Source: a virus (taxonomy: Duplodnaviria > Caudoviricetes). Taken from it: a DNA stretch of 35,241 bases. This document shows, one piece after another, positions 32,969 to 35,241 of the stretch (position 1 is the stretch's first letter; each line of letters starts with the position of its first letter). The notes under the pieces were generated by a model. It was given only the letters and a program-made list of their open reading frames with translations, was not told the origin of the DNA and did no database searches. The DNA lies in IMG/VR virus record IMGVR_UViG_3300032257_000071, positions 1 to 35,241 of that record. One strand, written 5' to 3'. A program made the translations under genes and the position numbers.

Positions 32969-34524
32969 TGACGTGGAGCGGCGCCTTTACGACGTGGCTG
33001 GACAGCGGCGAGACGCTGTATCCGCGCTACCTGCTGGAGATCGAGACGATCGCCGGCGGACCGGGTGGATCGGGCACGGTCGCTGAGGAGATCCTAAGCG
33101 CGGAGTCGCCCAGCTTCCAGGCGCAGACCGTCAACCCGCAGACCTGGGAGCCCACCGTCGGCGCGTTCAGCATCGACGTGATCACCGACGACATCGAGGG
33201 CCTCATGGAGACAGCGCGCCGGGGCTCGCCCGTCTCGCTGAAGATGGGGCGCTCGGGCTGGGACTACAGCGCCTTCGAGCGGATCGCCGTTGGGCGGATC
33301 ACCAACATCAGCGCGAGCAACCTGCCGGGCAACCGCTACCGGGTGAGCTGCGCGGACCTGTTCAGCCTGCCCACGCGCTTCGACCGGACCACCTCGGACC
33401 CGCAGTTGTTCGGCGGCGGGCTCCCCGTGGGCGAGACCACCACGCTCACAGCGGACTACGACTCGGTCACCCCCGACACCACAATCAGCCTCGCCTCCAC
33501 CGCGGCGCTCGACCGCCCCACGGGGGGCTCTTACCTCGTGCTGGTGACGCCCTCGGGCGGCGGCGCCCCCTTCTACCTCGTGGGCTCCTCGAAGGGCGCC
33601 AGCAGCATGACGATCGACACCCCCGGGGCCGATCGGTACGGCACCGTGCGCGTCGATGCGGCCAGCGGTAGTACCGTGACCTTCCTGGCGCTGCTCCGTG
33701 GGCACCCGCTCGACCTGGTGCGTCAGATCTTCACCTCGACGGGCAACGGCACCAACGGCACCTACGACGTGCTGCCCGAGGCGTGGGGGCTCGCCCTGCC
33801 CGATATGCTGATCGACCACATCGAGATCAGCCGGCACCGCGCCAAGGTCAATTTCCCCTCGAGCACGTACGAGTGGAGCCTCATCGTCGCGACGCCGATG
33901 GTGTCCGGCTTCGCGCAGGTGCGCTCCCTGCTCGCCGAGGCGGGCCTGTTCATGGTCATCCACGAGGGGCAGGTGGCCATCCGGGCGGCGCAGAACCCCC
34001 GCGAGGCGGGCACCGGGCCGTTCTGGACGATCACCCCTGAGAACGTCGACAGCACCCGGCCGCTGGGCTGGGAGGCCTGGGACGCCCAGGTGCCCCACGA
34101 GCAGTCCACCGTCGTCGTCAACGGCCCCACCAACGCCGGTGGGACCCTCACTGCCACCGAGCAGGCCGGCGGCAGCGCCAACATCGCGACCGCACCCGCC
34201 TACCCGGGCAGCCTGTACCCGCGGACCCTGAGCCATGCGTGGCACCTGACGAGCAACGTCTGCAGCGAGTGTGCCGACCGGATCTACCCGTGGTTCGTGA
34301 CGGTCCCTGAGCGGTTCACCATCCCCATGGCGGGCCTGATCCATCACCGGCTCACGCCCGGCACCATCGTCACCGTGACGCTGCCCCGGCTCTACAGCCG
34401 CGACGCCGGCGGCAGTCTGTTCCAGCGCACCGGCATGGTCGTGCGTCAGGCGCCGGACTGGACCCGCGGCCCGGTGGTCGACGTCTGCCTCCTCCCCAAT
34501 TCGTCCACCAGCCCCCAGGGCTGA
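32968..34524 (+). CDS. Tail tip/baseplate hub protein, 518 aa
   Basis: Second gene after the tape measure; beta-rich; GHPLD.V..I...and terminal PG..V.VT pattern. Confidence 0.65.
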   Translation: MTWSGAFTTWLDSGETLYPRYLLEIETIAGGPGGSGTVAEEILSAESPSFQAQTVNPQTWEPTVGAFSIDVITDDIEGLMETARRGSPVSLKMGRSGWDYSAFERIAVGRITNISASNLPGNRYRVSCADLFSLPTRFDRTTSDPQLFGGGLPVGETTTLTADYDSVTPDTTISLASTAALDRPTGGSYLVLVTPSGGGAPFYLVGSSKGASSMTIDTPGADRYGTVRVDAASGSTVTFLALLRGHPLDLVRQIFTSTGNGTNGTYDVLPEAWGLALPDMLIDHIEISRHRAKVNFPSSTYEWSLIVATPMVSGFAQVRSLLAEAGLFMVIHEGQVAIRAAQNPREAGTGPFWTITPENVDSTRPLGWEAWDAQVPHEQSTVVVNGPTNAGGTLTATEQAGGSANIATAPAYPGSLYPRTLSHAWHLTSNVCSECADRIYPWFVTVPERFTIPMAGLIHHRLTPGTIVTVTLPRLYSRDAGGSLFQRTGMVVRQAPDWTRGPVVDVCLLPNSSTSPQG

Positions 34525-34534
34525 GGAGTCCCCC

Positions 34535-34846
34535 ATGCGTACCCACCGCGAAGCCCTCACCGCCGGGCAGGTCACCGCCTTCGGCAGCGCCCCGAGCACC
34601 AGCAGCCACGGCATCGAGGTCACCGCCGCCGATGAGCTGATCTACTGGCACATCACCGGCGCCACCGCCGGCGCCTTCTACTACTACGACGGCGTGTCAT
34701 GGAGGCTCGGTAAGACCTTCACCGTCGCCGACGACGGCCTGGTGCTCGCGCAGGCCGCGACGGGCGCCCGCGTCGCCCTGCACATCACCGCCGGCACGCT
34801 CACCGCAGGCGTCTACGAGCGCCACCGCGGCGCGGGGCGGCTCTAA
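34535..34846 (+). CDS. Small tail-associated structural protein, 103 aa
   Basis: GAGGAG RBS; TAATG overlap with the next gene. Confidence 0.65.
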   Translation: MRTHREALTAGQVTAFGSAPSTSSHGIEVTAADELIYWHITGATAGAFYYYDGVSWRLGKTFTVADDGLVLAQAATGARVALHITAGTLTAGVYERHRGAGRL

Positions 34847-35241
34847 TGCGCTCGGACATCTCCCCGAGCCAGATCGCGGGCGCGACTCGAAACGCCACGT
34901 GGCGCACTTCCACCGCCAACGGGAGCACCGACAACCTCACCAACGGGAGCACATTCACTGGCACCTGGGAAAGCGTCGAGGGCTACGGCGAGATCAACAT
35001 CGTTATCACAGCGGAGCCCTCGACCGTAGGGCTCACGATCTACGTCGACACGTCCTGGGATGAGGGCTCCACCACCGAGAAATCGATCCCCCGCAGCTAC
35101 CGCGCGGCGACGACGGGCGCCCTCCCGATCCGCCTCGGCGTTGCCCAGCCGTATGCGCGCCTCCGAGTCGTCAACGACGGCGGCGTTGACACAACGACGC
35201 TCAAGATCCGGACATCCTACAACAACGGCGGCGAGTTCCAG
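34846..35241 (+). CDS. 5' part (132 codons) of the ~400-aa tail-associated protein that continues at 128-934
   Basis: ATG 34846 overlaps the previous TAA; MRSDISPSQIAG...FTGTWESVEGY; no stop before the window end. Confidence 0.75.
   Translation, partial: MRSDISPSQIAGATRNATWRTSTANGSTDNLTNGSTFTGTWESVEGYGEINIVITAEPSTVGLTIYVDTSWDEGSTTEKSIPRSYRAATTGALPIRLGVAQPYARLRVVNDGGVDTTTLKIRTSYNNGGEFQ
35115..35241. repeat. 127-bp terminal direct repeat, right copy
   Basis: Identical to 1-127. Confidence 0.97.

Noticed and set aside
35115-35241. 127-bp repeat as a physical terminal repeat of the virion DNA
   Set aside because: It falls mid-gene and its length equals a common assembler k-mer; best read as a circular-contig overlap
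1-35241. tRNA, tmRNA or rRNA genes; stop-codon reassignment
   Set aside because: No cloverleaf/T-loop signature seen in the few intergenic gaps; genes are intact and tightly coupled under the standard code, with all three stops used

Overview
The window is an apparently complete, circularly assembled genome of a high-GC (roughly 70% by eye) tailed dsDNA phage, siphovirus-like. Bases 1-127 are identical to 35115-35241, giving a 35,114 bp circle, and one tail gene reads in frame across the join. Rightward: cro, RusA, AEP-type primase, VirE/VapE-type helicase, an iteron-rich putative origin, an N6-adenine methyltransferase, terminases, HK97-type head genes, neck and tail genes, and a lysis cassette (PG-binding + M23 endolysin and four small membrane proteins). 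Leftward: repressor, small membrane and lipoprotein genes, a DUF6948-like/Gly-X repeat pair, an ssDNA-annealing protein, a sigma70-type factor fused to CCCH zinc fingers, an Xis-like HTH protein and an HNH endonuclease. Most notable: (i) a lambda-like immunity region with twin promoters/operators and a repressor lacking an autoprotease domain, faced by a convergent promoter carrying a Myxococcus-type LexA-like box (candidate SOS antirepressor or antisense switch), yet no recognisable integrase or partition genes; (ii) the sigma/zinc-finger fusion, a stand-alone paralog of its finger domain next door, and a matching conserved element starting 56 nt upstream of both the portal and protease start codons (candidate phage-specific late promoter); (iii) a strong Fur-box-like palindrome where attP would normally lie. 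All product calls rest on motif recognition by eye; no database searches were run.
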